From a virus (taxonomy: Duplodnaviria > Caudoviricetes): a stretch of DNA of 64,000 bases. The stretch lies in the IMG/VR virus record IMGVR_UViG_3300030330_005471; one strand, written 5' to 3'. Numbering within the stretch: position 1 is the first letter of the stretch; every line of letters starts with the position of its first letter. Under the pieces are notes generated by a model. It saw only the letters and a list, made by a program, of their open reading frames with translations. It did no database searches and was not told the origin of the DNA. Both the position numbers and the translations under genes were made by a program. Positions 9,574-19,013 of this stretch are shown here, piece after piece.

Positions 9574-10431
9574 ATGAGCGAAAAGAAAGCAGAATTATCG
9601 ACCCTTGAAAACATTGACACCGGTTTTTATAACCATATTAACGAAATATGGGATATTCATGTCAATACAAACCGAGGATCCTATAAAGTTCCCGTATTAT
9701 GGCTCTCTGCTGAACGTACATATCAGATAAAGAACGACAGAACGTTCAGAGATTCAATTGGAAAACTCAAATTACCAATCATAACCATTGAGAGAGATAC
9801 ATTTGAAAAGGATCGTACGTTCAAGGGAGCATTCCAAGCAGATATTCCCACAGATGTGACAGAAGGTCGTCAATATAAAGCGAGACCGTTGACCGTTAAG
9901 ACGAGAATCCTTCAAGACAAGACGAGACATTATGCCTCATCTCGTTCAAACAAAGTAAACAAGGGAGATAAGAACTTTCCCGATGATAAATTTAAGACAA
10001 TTTCTAAAAAGAAGATTGTCCAAGAGGTTTTAAAGGCTCCAATGCCGGTTTATGTTAAGATCATGTATAAGATAAACCTCAGAGCCGAATATCAACAACA
10101 GATCAACGATATGATCACACCATTCATCTCGAGAACAGGACAGGTAAGTCAGTTTGTATTCGAGAACAATGGATATAGATATGAAGCTTTTATTGATGGT
10201 GCTTTTAATCAGACGAATAACTCCGAAAATCTCGGAGAAGAGGAACGCTCATTTATGACGTCCGTCAATATAAAAGTCCTTGGATATGTGATGGGCGATG
10301 GAGAGAATGATCCCCTCCCGACCATAACAACAGAGGAAAATATTGTTGAAGTCAAAATATCTCGAGAAAGAGCCATCACTCAAGATGAAATACCTTGGCT
10401 TCCAAAAGATAATAAATATCGGAGCATATAA
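9574..10431 (+). CDS. Tail terminator/sheath stabiliser (gp15-like)
   Basis: KVPVLW..ER..LKLPIITIER..PVYVKIMYKINL; directly upstream of sheath. Confidence 0.6.
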   Translation: MSEKKAELSTLENIDTGFYNHINEIWDIHVNTNRGSYKVPVLWLSAERTYQIKNDRTFRDSIGKLKLPIITIERDTFEKDRTFKGAFQADIPTDVTEGRQYKARPLTVKTRILQDKTRHYASSRSNKVNKGDKNFPDDKFKTISKKKIVQEVLKAPMPVYVKIMYKINLRAEYQQQINDMITPFISRTGQVSQFVFENNGYRYEAFIDGAFNQTNNSENLGEEERSFMTSVNIKVLGYVMGDGENDPLPTITTEENIVEVKISRERAITQDEIPWLPKDNKYRSI

Positions 10432-10451
10432 GTTTTTGCCCGTTCACTATA

Positions 10452-10459
10452 CTATTTAT
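10452..10459 (+). promoter_or_regulatory. Putative late promoter CTATTTAT
   Basis: Upstream of sheath gene. Confidence 0.6.
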
Positions 10460-10494
10460 TACGAATATAGTTTTAAAAATAAGGAGATTTTTTA

Positions 10495-13400
10495 ATGCCT
10501 AGAAAATTTGATTTTATCTCGCCCGGTATCGAGTTAACAGAAATAGACAACTCCGTGTTGCCTCCTGCAAGGGATAATGACGGACCTATTATTATCGGTA
10601 GAACGAGAAAGGGACCTGCTCTCAAACCTGTCAAGATTAGAAGTCTTGATGACTACATCGCCGTATTTGGACGACCAAATGCTGGTGGCTCATCACCTTC
10701 TGGTGACCTTTGGAGAGACGGTGCTGGGGCATCTGCTCCTACTTACGCTTCATATGCTGCTCAAGCATGGTTGGCTGGTGGAACCGCACCTGTGACTGTG
10801 GTGAGACTACTTGGAGAAGACCACGCAAATGCAACCGGTGCAGCTTTGGCTGGCTGGAAGCTTGATAACAGTAAGACAAGTAACAATGCTACAAACTCAA
10901 CAGCATATGGCTTGTTTATTGTTGATAAAGCAGACCCAGCTCTTGCAAGCGGATATGGGCAAATTACAGTTGGTGGAACTGTTAACGATGGTAACAAATA
11001 TACCATTGGCAGTGTTGAATTTCAATTCGAACCATCTGCTAATTTGACAGAAAGTGCTACTCTTAGAGAAGTTATTATTCAAGGCAGTCAGAATGATAAT
11101 ATGGCAGCTTTGGTAACAAAAATAGAAGAAGCTATTACATTGGGTTTTCTAACAGATATCACAGTAGTATATAATAGTGGTACAAACACTGCTAAACTTT
11201 TTAAGACTGCTGGTGGAGCAGTGACAATCACATCAAGTGGTGGAGGTTTGGGAGTCAACGATAGTTCCATTGACGCCTATGATAGCTCAAAAGTGATAAA
11301 AACAGGTGCTTTAGCTGCCATTTTTTATGCCGCCACAGGATCTTTGGCTCTTAAAGGAGATCGTGCAGGTGGAGGTGGATCTAAGACAGCTTCATGTGTC
11401 TTGGTTGAATCTGCAAATGCTGACGTTGGTTTCCAACTAGTTGTTGTAGGTGCTGATGGCGTTACGGATGAAACAACTCCTTTTAACTTCAACAGAAATA
11501 GTGGAAACTACATCAGAAAAGTATTTAATACCAATCCTACACTAACAAACAGTAGGACAACAGCTAATGATGATTTGAAAACTTATTGGCTTGGTGAAAC
11601 ATTTGAAAGACACTTGAAGACGTACGTTACAACAACAACTGCTGGTCAGCAATATGGCGTCCTACTTCCATTAGAAAGTGGTTCTGATAACTGGGCGGAC
11701 CGGAAAGAAGGATACGCAGCTGCAACATCAGGGTGGGTAATTTCCAACTATGATGGAGATTCAGCGCTCTACGACATTACTAAGCAACCAAAAATGTTTA
11801 GGTTTGTGGCATTACAAGAAGGAGAAGATATTCAAAAGAATGTATTTATCTCAATTGAAAACTTGAACCTTCCACCGAACCCCGAGGTTTATCCTTACTC
11901 AACATTTGATGTTGTTGTGAGAAGTATTGATGGAAATGCTTTGGAAAGATTCTCAAATCTTTCAATGGATGAAAACAATGCTAACTTTATCGCACGTAGA
12001 ATTGGAGATATGTATCAAACTTGGGATTCGTCAAAAAGACGATGGAGAATGTATGGAGATTATCCAAACCAATCAGACTACATTCGTGCCGTAATGCCAG
12101 ATGTGTTACCTTCTAAGGAATCAGCTTTACCGTTTGGTTTCTTGGGACCCGGTATGCCAAAAGGCTTTGGTATAGTGGACAATGATACTAGTGCAAAATC
12201 TTTTGATCTTGGATCTGATTTTGCTGGTGCTTTTGTTGAAAATGGAGACCCATCAGATACAGAGAGTCACACAACCGACTTTATTGCTCATAATCTTACT
12301 GATTACGCAGTAAAGTTCACTTGGCCAAAACTTCAGTTGAGAAATAAAGGAACAGACGGAAATGCTTCGAATCCTTATCAAGCAATGTATGGAATCCGAC
12401 CAAAGATTAGTGACAGTTCAAGTCTTCATGATAACGACTATTGCGATTATCTCAGAGGACTACCAGCAGCTGTTAGAACAAACAATCTAGCTCCAACCGG
12501 AGATTATGAACACTCAATTACATTCTCACTAGATGAGCTTGTAATCGACTCTTCAGCTGTTACAGTAGAATATACAGAAGGTTCTCATAAGCTCAACACT
12601 GCTTATAGATCAAGTGGAAACAGCACAGCCAATCAGAACGGTTCGGTTGAAGACCTTCTTAACTTAGGGGTTTCAAACTGGGCGATGCCACTGTTTGGCG
12701 GTTTTGATGGACTTGATATTACAGAGGTTGAACCCTTCAATAATGACTTAATCAGCAGTACAGCTACTAATCTTACAGACTCTCTTACAAACTCTTTCAA
12801 CATGGCAGTAGATTCTATTGCAGATGAAGAGTTAGTACCAGCCAATCTATTGTTGGCGCCGGGTTTTAAGGCAGCACACTTGACAAACAAGCTTATCTCC
12901 GTTGCAGATAATCGTCAAGATGTTTTAGCTATTGTTGACCTTGAAGGTGACTATAAGCCAAAAGCTGAAGCTGATACATCGGATACCAAGTCTAGTAGAC
13001 GAGGCTCAGTAACTTCGGCCATTTCAAGTCTCAAGACAAGAAATATTGACTCAAGTTTTGCTTGCGCTTTCTACCCATGGGTACAAATCACAGACCGACT
13101 TGGAGGTTCAGAACTTGTATGGGTTCCACCTTCAATCGCGGCACTTGGTGCAATGGCAAAGTCTGACTCAATGACAGACGTATGGTTTGCTCCTGCTGGG
13201 TTTAACCGTGGTGGACTTGGTTCACTTGGTGGACCTTCTGGACCTACCGTCGTTCAAGCCAGACAAAGACTTGACGCAAAGGACAGAGATGATTTGTATG
13301 CTGTTGGCGTTAACCCAATCGCTTCATTTCCGAACGAAGGCCTTGTTGTTTTCGGACAAAAGACTCTTCAACAAAGATCATCAGCTCTTGACCGTATCAA

Positions 13401-13704
13401 TGTTCGTCGCTTGATGCTTTACCTCAAGAGAGAAGTTGGGCAAGTTGCAAAAGATACATTGTTCCAAAACAACGTACCAGCAACATGGGCAGATTTTAAA
13501 GGAAGGGCAGAGCCAATCCTTGCAGATGTTAAAAACCGATTCGGGTTGACCGATTACAAACTTATTCTTGATGAGACCACTACTACGCCAGATCTCATTG
13601 ATAGAAATATCTTGTATGCTAAAGTATTCCTTAAGCCTGCAAGAGCGATTGAGTATATAGCTATCGACTTCGTCATCACAAAAACTGGTGCGGATTTCGT
13701 ATAG
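10495..13704 (+). CDS. gp18: Contractile tail sheath protein (gp18 family)
   Basis: FISPGIELTEID N-terminus; WFAPAGFNRG, VVFGQKTLQ..SALDRINVRRL, KPARAIEYIAIDF C-terminus. Confidence 0.96.
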   Translation: MPRKFDFISPGIELTEIDNSVLPPARDNDGPIIIGRTRKGPALKPVKIRSLDDYIAVFGRPNAGGSSPSGDLWRDGAGASAPTYASYAAQAWLAGGTAPVTVVRLLGEDHANATGAALAGWKLDNSKTSNNATNSTAYGLFIVDKADPALASGYGQITVGGTVNDGNKYTIGSVEFQFEPSANLTESATLREVIIQGSQNDNMAALVTKIEEAITLGFLTDITVVYNSGTNTAKLFKTAGGAVTITSSGGGLGVNDSSIDAYDSSKVIKTGALAAIFYAATGSLALKGDRAGGGGSKTASCVLVESANADVGFQLVVVGADGVTDETTPFNFNRNSGNYIRKVFNTNPTLTNSRTTANDDLKTYWLGETFERHLKTYVTTTTAGQQYGVLLPLESGSDNWADRKEGYAAATSGWVISNYDGDSALYDITKQPKMFRFVALQEGEDIQKNVFISIENLNLPPNPEVYPYSTFDVVVRSIDGNALERFSNLSMDENNANFIARRIGDMYQTWDSSKRRWRMYGDYPNQSDYIRAVMPDVLPSKESALPFGFLGPGMPKGFGIVDNDTSAKSFDLGSDFAGAFVENGDPSDTESHTTDFIAHNLTDYAVKFTWPKLQLRNKGTDGNASNPYQAMYGIRPKISDSSSLHDNDYCDYLRGLPAAVRTNNLAPTGDYEHSITFSLDELVIDSSAVTVEYTEGSHKLNTAYRSSGNSTANQNGSVEDLLNLGVSNWAMPLFGGFDGLDITEVEPFNNDLISSTATNLTDSLTNSFNMAVDSIADEELVPANLLLAPGFKAAHLTNKLISVADNRQDVLAIVDLEGDYKPKAEADTSDTKSSRRGSVTSAISSLKTRNIDSSFACAFYPWVQITDRLGGSELVWVPPSIAALGAMAKSDSMTDVWFAPAGFNRGGLGSLGGPSGPTVVQARQRLDAKDRDDLYAVGVNPIASFPNEGLVVFGQKTLQQRSSALDRINVRRLMLYLKREVGQVAKDTLFQNNVPATWADFKGRAEPILADVKNRFGLTDYKLILDETTTTPDLIDRNILYAKVFLKPARAIEYIAIDFVITKTGADFV

Positions 13705-13708
13705 CAGT

Positions 13709-13716
13709 CTAGTTAT
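13709..13716 (+). promoter_or_regulatory. Putative late promoter CTAGTTAT
   Basis: Upstream of tail tube gene. Confidence 0.5.
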
Positions 13717-13742
13717 AATAGTATTAATAGGAGAACTACATA

Positions 13743-14348
13743 ATGGCATTTTGGACAACAGGGGGTGACGCTAAAGACCCGAAAAGAAATTTTAGATTTA
13801 AGGTTATCATTAATGGATTTGCTGTAGGAGCAAATGGCGGACAAGCCAACGTCGAAGGTGATTCTACAGTTTGGTGGGCAAAAAAAGTTCAGAAGCCCAA
13901 TTTTACAGTAGCCGAATCAAAGCATGTATTTATGGGACACTCTTTTTATTGGCCCGGAAAAACAGAATGGCAAGAAATCAGTTTGACTCTTGTTGATCCT
14001 GTTTCGCCTGATGCGGTTGCTATTTTAAGCAATATCCATGAGAGATCAGGATATCGGTTGCCAAAAACAGAAGAAGGCGGTCTAGTAACCCAGTCGAAGA
14101 GCAAGTCAAAAGCTGCTCTAAATACAGTTAAAATTGTTCAAATCGATGCAGATGATAGACCAGTTGAAACTTGGACCTTGCATCATCCATTTATCAAAAA
14201 AATATCCTTCTCGGATCTTGATTATGAAAATGATGATTTGACAACAGTAGACCTCACCCTAAGATATGATTGGGCTGAATGTGATACTAGTGTTACTGAA
14301 GGAACTGGTACCGGATTCTTTAATGCCAATGGACCAGCTCTTCCTTAA
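13743..14348 (+). CDS. gp19: Tail tube protein (gp19-like)
   Basis: PKRNFRF, YWPGKTEWQEISLTLVD, ETWTL..FSDLDY..LTLRYDWA; follows sheath. Confidence 0.88.
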   Translation: MAFWTTGGDAKDPKRNFRFKVIINGFAVGANGGQANVEGDSTVWWAKKVQKPNFTVAESKHVFMGHSFYWPGKTEWQEISLTLVDPVSPDAVAILSNIHERSGYRLPKTEEGGLVTQSKSKSKAALNTVKIVQIDADDRPVETWTLHHPFIKKISFSDLDYENDDLTTVDLTLRYDWAECDTSVTEGTGTGFFNANGPALP

Positions 14349-14362
14349 GAGAGGAGTAACTC

Positions 14363-15412
14363 ATGGCATTTTGGACATCAGTTGACGTAGAACCTAAACG
14401 TAAATCTCGCTTCCTTGTTGAACTTGGTAGCGGGTTTATTTTAACCAGTGTAAAGACGTGTTCCAAACCAACAGCTGATGTTGATATAAAAGAGTATCAA
14501 CTCATCAATCATAAGTTTAAATATCCGGGCATCGTTACATGGCAACCGGTAAAAATAACTTTTGTTGATATGGCGGGGCAAAAACCGGAAGGACATCAAA
14601 CAGTTTCAACAGCTATTATGCTTGAAAGAATGTTGAAATATTCTGGATACAATATTCCTACAAGGGCAAATGGACCAATTGCAAAAGACGGCCCACAAAG
14701 AGAACTCTCAGCTCCAGAAAAGGCATCAACAATAGCAAACTCGTTTGGTACAGGTCTTCATGGCGCAGCAGATACCAACATGGCACAGGTTTTAAATTCA
14801 GCTAAGAAGGGTGGAACGAACAACCAATCAATTAAAATACACCAACTGACACCTGATGGTACAAAGTCAGTTGAAACTTGGATTCTACACAATCCTCAGA
14901 TAAAAAGTGTTTCTTGGGGAGATCTAGCATATGACTCCGATGATTTTATAGAATATTCGGTAGAGATAGTGTATGATTTTGCAGAGATGCAAATAGGAGC
15001 TAAAATACCGGCTCTTAGTGATTTTGATAAAGCTGCTGCGATGAATGCTGGTATCTCATCAGAGCTTAATGCTCAAAAAAGTTTTGAAGAAGTTCAAGCA
15101 GAGATTGCAAGAAGGGCGGCAGTCAATGATGCACTTGACAGTGTTCAGTTATCAGATACTAGTGGTATTGGTGGAGGACGAGATCTTGGAGCAGTAACCG
15201 GAATGGGTGGCGGCACAGTAGGTGAGCTCGGAGCAACAGACACTGCTAGCATATCAGAAACATATTCAAATACTTATGAAAGAAAAAAGAAATCTACTGC
15301 ATACTTTGGTTCTTATGAATCAACACAAAATAATTTTATAGAGCCAGAACATATTCAGATAGAAAATGCTTTTTACGAACCTGATAGATATCAGAAGAAA
15401 AACAAAGAATAA
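14363..15412 (+). CDS. Second tail tube-like protein with C-terminal extension
   Basis: MAFWT start, KYPGIVTWQPVKITFVD, ETWILHNP..WGDLAY..IVYDFA, plus about 140 extra residues. Confidence 0.8.
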   Translation: MAFWTSVDVEPKRKSRFLVELGSGFILTSVKTCSKPTADVDIKEYQLINHKFKYPGIVTWQPVKITFVDMAGQKPEGHQTVSTAIMLERMLKYSGYNIPTRANGPIAKDGPQRELSAPEKASTIANSFGTGLHGAADTNMAQVLNSAKKGGTNNQSIKIHQLTPDGTKSVETWILHNPQIKSVSWGDLAYDSDDFIEYSVEIVYDFAEMQIGAKIPALSDFDKAAAMNAGISSELNAQKSFEEVQAEIARRAAVNDALDSVQLSDTSGIGGGRDLGAVTGMGGGTVGELGATDTASISETYSNTYERKKKSTAYFGSYESTQNNFIEPEHIQIENAFYEPDRYQKKNKE

Positions 15413-15413
15413 T

Positions 15414-15421
15414 CTAATTAC
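15414..15421 (+). promoter_or_regulatory. Putative late promoter CTAATTAC
   Basis: Upstream of chaperone gene. Confidence 0.5.
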
Positions 15422-15429
15422 AATACGAG

Positions 15430-16287
15430 GTGAAAATGATTAGAAATAACGAAGACCGAACAGGTCCACGGTCCACGGCAGCCGATGAAGTGCCCGCTGA
15501 AATAAAAGAAATGATGAATCCAATGGATTTCGTCGCACCAACTGAGTTTGTTGAGCTTCCATCACAAGGAGTAGGATATCCGCAAGGACACCCCCTCAAT
15601 GGTCAAGACTCAATTGAAATACGCTTTATGACAGCAAAAGAAGAAGATATATTGACTTCCCAAACTCTTTTGAAAAAGGGAGTCGCTATTGAACGCGTAT
15701 TGCAATCTCTCGTCAAAGATAAATCAATCGATGTTGGGACAATGCTCATAGGAGACCGTAACGCTATATTGGTCGCCGCCAGATCATCAGCATATGGTGA
15801 GTGGTATAAGACAACAGTTAACTGCCCCAATTGCGGAGAACAGAACAAGAAAGCCTTCAAATTGACCAATCCATCAATATATCATGGAGATAATTTTGAA
15901 GATTACGATATTGAAAAAACAGAGAACGGAACATATAATGTTTCTCTTCCATATTCAAAACTTGTTATTGAATGTCGACTATTAACAGGAGCAGATGAGC
16001 TCTCTATTGTCAAGCACATGCAAAAGAAAAATAAAAAGAGCGAAGAGGGCTTGGTATTAAATCAAATGGCTCTTTATATTGTCTCCGTCAATGGATATAC
16101 AGAACAAAAAGCAATTATCTATACGATACAAAATATGGTAGCAGCAGATTCTAGATATCTCAGAAATGCTGTTAAAACCTTCACACCTCAGTTAAAAATC
16201 TCTGAACACTTTGAGTGCAACTCCTGTGGCCACGAACAGGAATTGGAGGTGCCCTTTGGGGCGGACTTTTTTTGGCCTGACCGATGA
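15430..16287 (+). CDS. Baseplate hub/tail assembly chaperone (gp26-like)
   Basis: VELPSQG..Y, IRFMTAKEEDIL, two CxxC motifs, ends ADFFWPDR; precedes tape measure. Confidence 0.75.
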   Translation: MKMIRNNEDRTGPRSTAADEVPAEIKEMMNPMDFVAPTEFVELPSQGVGYPQGHPLNGQDSIEIRFMTAKEEDILTSQTLLKKGVAIERVLQSLVKDKSIDVGTMLIGDRNAILVAARSSAYGEWYKTTVNCPNCGEQNKKAFKLTNPSIYHGDNFEDYDIEKTENGTYNVSLPYSKLVIECRLLTGADELSIVKHMQKKNKKSEEGLVLNQMALYIVSVNGYTEQKAIIYTIQNMVAADSRYLRNAVKTFTPQLKISEHFECNSCGHEQELEVPFGADFFWPDR

Positions 16288-16456
16288 ATATTCTGAGCAA
16301 GTATATGAGACATTCTTTACTCTGAAACATTATGGTGGATGGTCACTTTATGAACTTTATAACCTTCCGGTCGGTCTCCGACAATGGTGGTTAGAAAGAA
16401 CAATGAAAGAGTATGAGAAAGAAAAAGAGCAGATGGAGAAGTCCATGAAAAGATAA
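16268..16456 (+). CDS. gp51-like chaperone segment, probably reached by frameshift from the upstream gene
   Basis: YETFFTLKHYGGWSLYELYNLPVGLRQWWLER; no ATG with RBS ahead of the conserved part; overlaps upstream gene at a T7 run. Confidence 0.65.
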   Translation, partial: FFGLTDEYSEQVYETFFTLKHYGGWSLYELYNLPVGLRQWWLERTMKEYEKEKEQMEKSMKR

Positions 16457-16479
16457 AATGCCTTAACGGGCATTTTTTT
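16455..16479 (+). terminator. Rho-independent terminator
   Basis: aaaatgcc-ttaacg-ggcattttttt. Confidence 0.75.
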
Positions 16480-16486
16480 GTTGAAG

Positions 16487-16494
16487 CTAATTAC
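16487..16494 (+). promoter_or_regulatory. Putative late promoter CTAATTAC
   Basis: Between terminator and tape measure ATG. Confidence 0.6.
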
Positions 16495-16514
16495 ATATAG
16501 TAAGAGGGCATTAT

Positions 16515-19013
16515 ATGACAACAAAAGCAGAAAAAAGCGAAGGTGTCGATACAGCACAACAAGCAAAAAACGCTGAGGAAATGAGAGAGAATCTTTTGAT
16601 TGCTCTTGATAACGCAATCAAACTAGACGAACTTGAAGGAAAAAAAGCGCAAAAACTAGGACAACAGTTGGATTTGACTCAAAGACGCCTTGATGTTTCA
16701 ACGAAGCTTTTAGCGCAAAGTTCAAATCAATTGAGAAACTTAATAGCCCAAAAAGATTCATTGGGCCAAACGGTTGCATCAGCTGAGGAATTGCAAGCCA
16801 TATTTGATGTTGTGTCTAAAAAACAAATTGAAGGTGTACAGGCAGGTGCAAAATATAAGCAAATACTTAAAGACATGGCAGATATTAATAAAAAAGCTGC
16901 GGGAGATGATGCTGAAAGGCTTAGATTAATTAGAGAATCAGCTAAAGCAATGGAAGAACTTCGTGCAGAACAGGAAGATGTTAAGAAGTTCGGAGATAAA
17001 TTTAATAGTCAATTGGGAAATTGGGGATCAAATTTAGGTGTTGCCAACAATCTAATGTCAACATCTAGTGGAAAGATTAGCTCAATGGTGGCCGACTTAA
17101 CAACAGGGCTGACAACGGATAAGATTGCAATGGTTGGAAAAGCGTTCACTCAATTTGGGATAACAACTCTTGCATCAATTGTTGATGAGGTCTTTAAACT
17201 AGCAATTGCGCTTGATACTTTAGGAAAAGAATTTAAAAAGACAAACGGATATGCTCAAGATTTTGAATCAACTATCAAGAAAATAGACAGTAATTTATAC
17301 GCTGCTGGTTTGTCAATGGAAAAATCAGTTGAAGCTATGCAAAGTTTGAGCGACACGTATACTGATTATAATCCAAATGCAGTTTTACAAAACGAATATA
17401 TGACAACAACAATAGGTTTGCTGACCTCGGTAGGTGTTCAATCGGGTCATAGCGCAAAGGGTATTCAAATGTTATCTAAAACTTTTAAAATGACTGGAGA
17501 AGAAGCAACTGATACCTTCCAAAAAATTGTGACCTCGGGTAATTCTGCTGGGATTAGTAATAGAAAAATGGCAGCCGATTTTGAAGCTAATTTTTCTAGC
17601 TTGATTCAATTTGGAAACAGGGCAAAGCAAGTATTTAAGGAACTCGCAGCAATGTCTAAAGCAACTGGTGTTGAGATGAGTGCTCTTGTTGGAATTGCAC
17701 AAAAATTTGACACATTTGAAGGAGCAGCAACACAAGCAGCCAAATTAAACTCTGTATTGGGAGTGAACGTATCTGCCATGGAACTGATGAATGCAGATTA
17801 TGCTGAGACTATAGAACTCATTCGAGACGGAATGTCTGGTGTCAACTTTGATGAGCTTAATCGTTTCGAACAAAACTACTTAGCTCAAGCTATGGGTGCT
17901 AAGGATGTTTATGAAGCACAAAGACTTCTATCGGGTGAAGCGGATGAATATGAAAACAAAATGAAAGCTCAGGCTGAAACTCAGGACGAATTGATGAGGA
18001 TTGTGAAAGAAAACCTTCCAGTGATGGAGCGTTTGAGTATAGCTATTGGTAAAATAGCTAGGGCTGCTGAGATTGCTTTATTTCCAATTACTTTATTATT
18101 GGATCTGTTTTTGTTCATTGATGATATTACTGGTGGAATTTTGATGCCAATTTCAATGTTAGCTATTACAATAAAAGGTCTTTTTTCTGCATTTATTGCG
18201 GGAACAGAAGCATTTTGGATGTTTAAAATGGGAGTTGATGGAATAGCAGGTTTGTTGGCAGAGCTTGGAGCTGCGGGTACAGCAGCTACAGCAGCTACAA
18301 TGGGAATAATTCTGCTTTTAGCAACTGGTTGGAATATGGTTTCTAATGCTCTTAGAGAGTGGAAACCAACTTTTGAATGGCTTTGGAAAGGATTGGATTT
18401 TCTTATTATGGGTCTCTTAGCAGCTGCTGCGGCGTTAGTTCTTTTTTCAAATCCCGTTGGATGGGCTGTCGTGCTTTTCGGAGCTATTACTGGTGCAATA
18501 TATGCTTTTCGAAAGGAGCTTGCTGATTTGTGGGAGACTTTTAATTTGACGGGCTCTCCAAAGTTATATAGCATGCCAGATGTTTTTGCTTGGGGAATGA
18601 ACAAGATGGCCATTGGGATTGCAAAAGCAAAAAGTGCCCTTCAAGCGTTTGGTTCTATTCTTGTTTCGATTCACAACACCGCAATGAAACCTTTCATAAG
18701 TGCCTTCTCAAAAGTTGCTGGTGTTCTTGGTTTCGATATGGAAACCACAGAAGACGGATCAGAAGCTCAAACAGTAACCCCAACGGGTCCAAAAATGACC
18801 GCCGGGGCAGCGGGCAACGCTATTCAACAAGCAGCAATGGAAGTAAAGACTATCGTCGTTGCTCAATTGAAAGAAACAGGAATTCAAGAAACTGCTGACG
18901 AGTTAGCTAAAATAGCTAAAATAATGGACGGAAAAGACCCCATAACAAATGTAACCATCAACCTAGACGGTAGACCTCTTAAAGACTTCATTTGGAGGAC
19001 CATAGCGGGATGA
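16515..19013 (+). CDS. Tape measure protein
   Basis: 832 aa helical Ala/Gly-rich protein with hydrophobic segments; follows tube and chaperone genes. Confidence 0.85.
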   Translation: MTTKAEKSEGVDTAQQAKNAEEMRENLLIALDNAIKLDELEGKKAQKLGQQLDLTQRRLDVSTKLLAQSSNQLRNLIAQKDSLGQTVASAEELQAIFDVVSKKQIEGVQAGAKYKQILKDMADINKKAAGDDAERLRLIRESAKAMEELRAEQEDVKKFGDKFNSQLGNWGSNLGVANNLMSTSSGKISSMVADLTTGLTTDKIAMVGKAFTQFGITTLASIVDEVFKLAIALDTLGKEFKKTNGYAQDFESTIKKIDSNLYAAGLSMEKSVEAMQSLSDTYTDYNPNAVLQNEYMTTTIGLLTSVGVQSGHSAKGIQMLSKTFKMTGEEATDTFQKIVTSGNSAGISNRKMAADFEANFSSLIQFGNRAKQVFKELAAMSKATGVEMSALVGIAQKFDTFEGAATQAAKLNSVLGVNVSAMELMNADYAETIELIRDGMSGVNFDELNRFEQNYLAQAMGAKDVYEAQRLLSGEADEYENKMKAQAETQDELMRIVKENLPVMERLSIAIGKIARAAEIALFPITLLLDLFLFIDDITGGILMPISMLAITIKGLFSAFIAGTEAFWMFKMGVDGIAGLLAELGAAGTAATAATMGIILLLATGWNMVSNALREWKPTFEWLWKGLDFLIMGLLAAAAALVLFSNPVGWAVVLFGAITGAIYAFRKELADLWETFNLTGSPKLYSMPDVFAWGMNKMAIGIAKAKSALQAFGSILVSIHNTAMKPFISAFSKVAGVLGFDMETTEDGSEAQTVTPTGPKMTAGAAGNAIQQAAMEVKTIVVAQLKETGIQETADELAKIAKIMDGKDPITNVTINLDGRPLKDFIWRTIAG

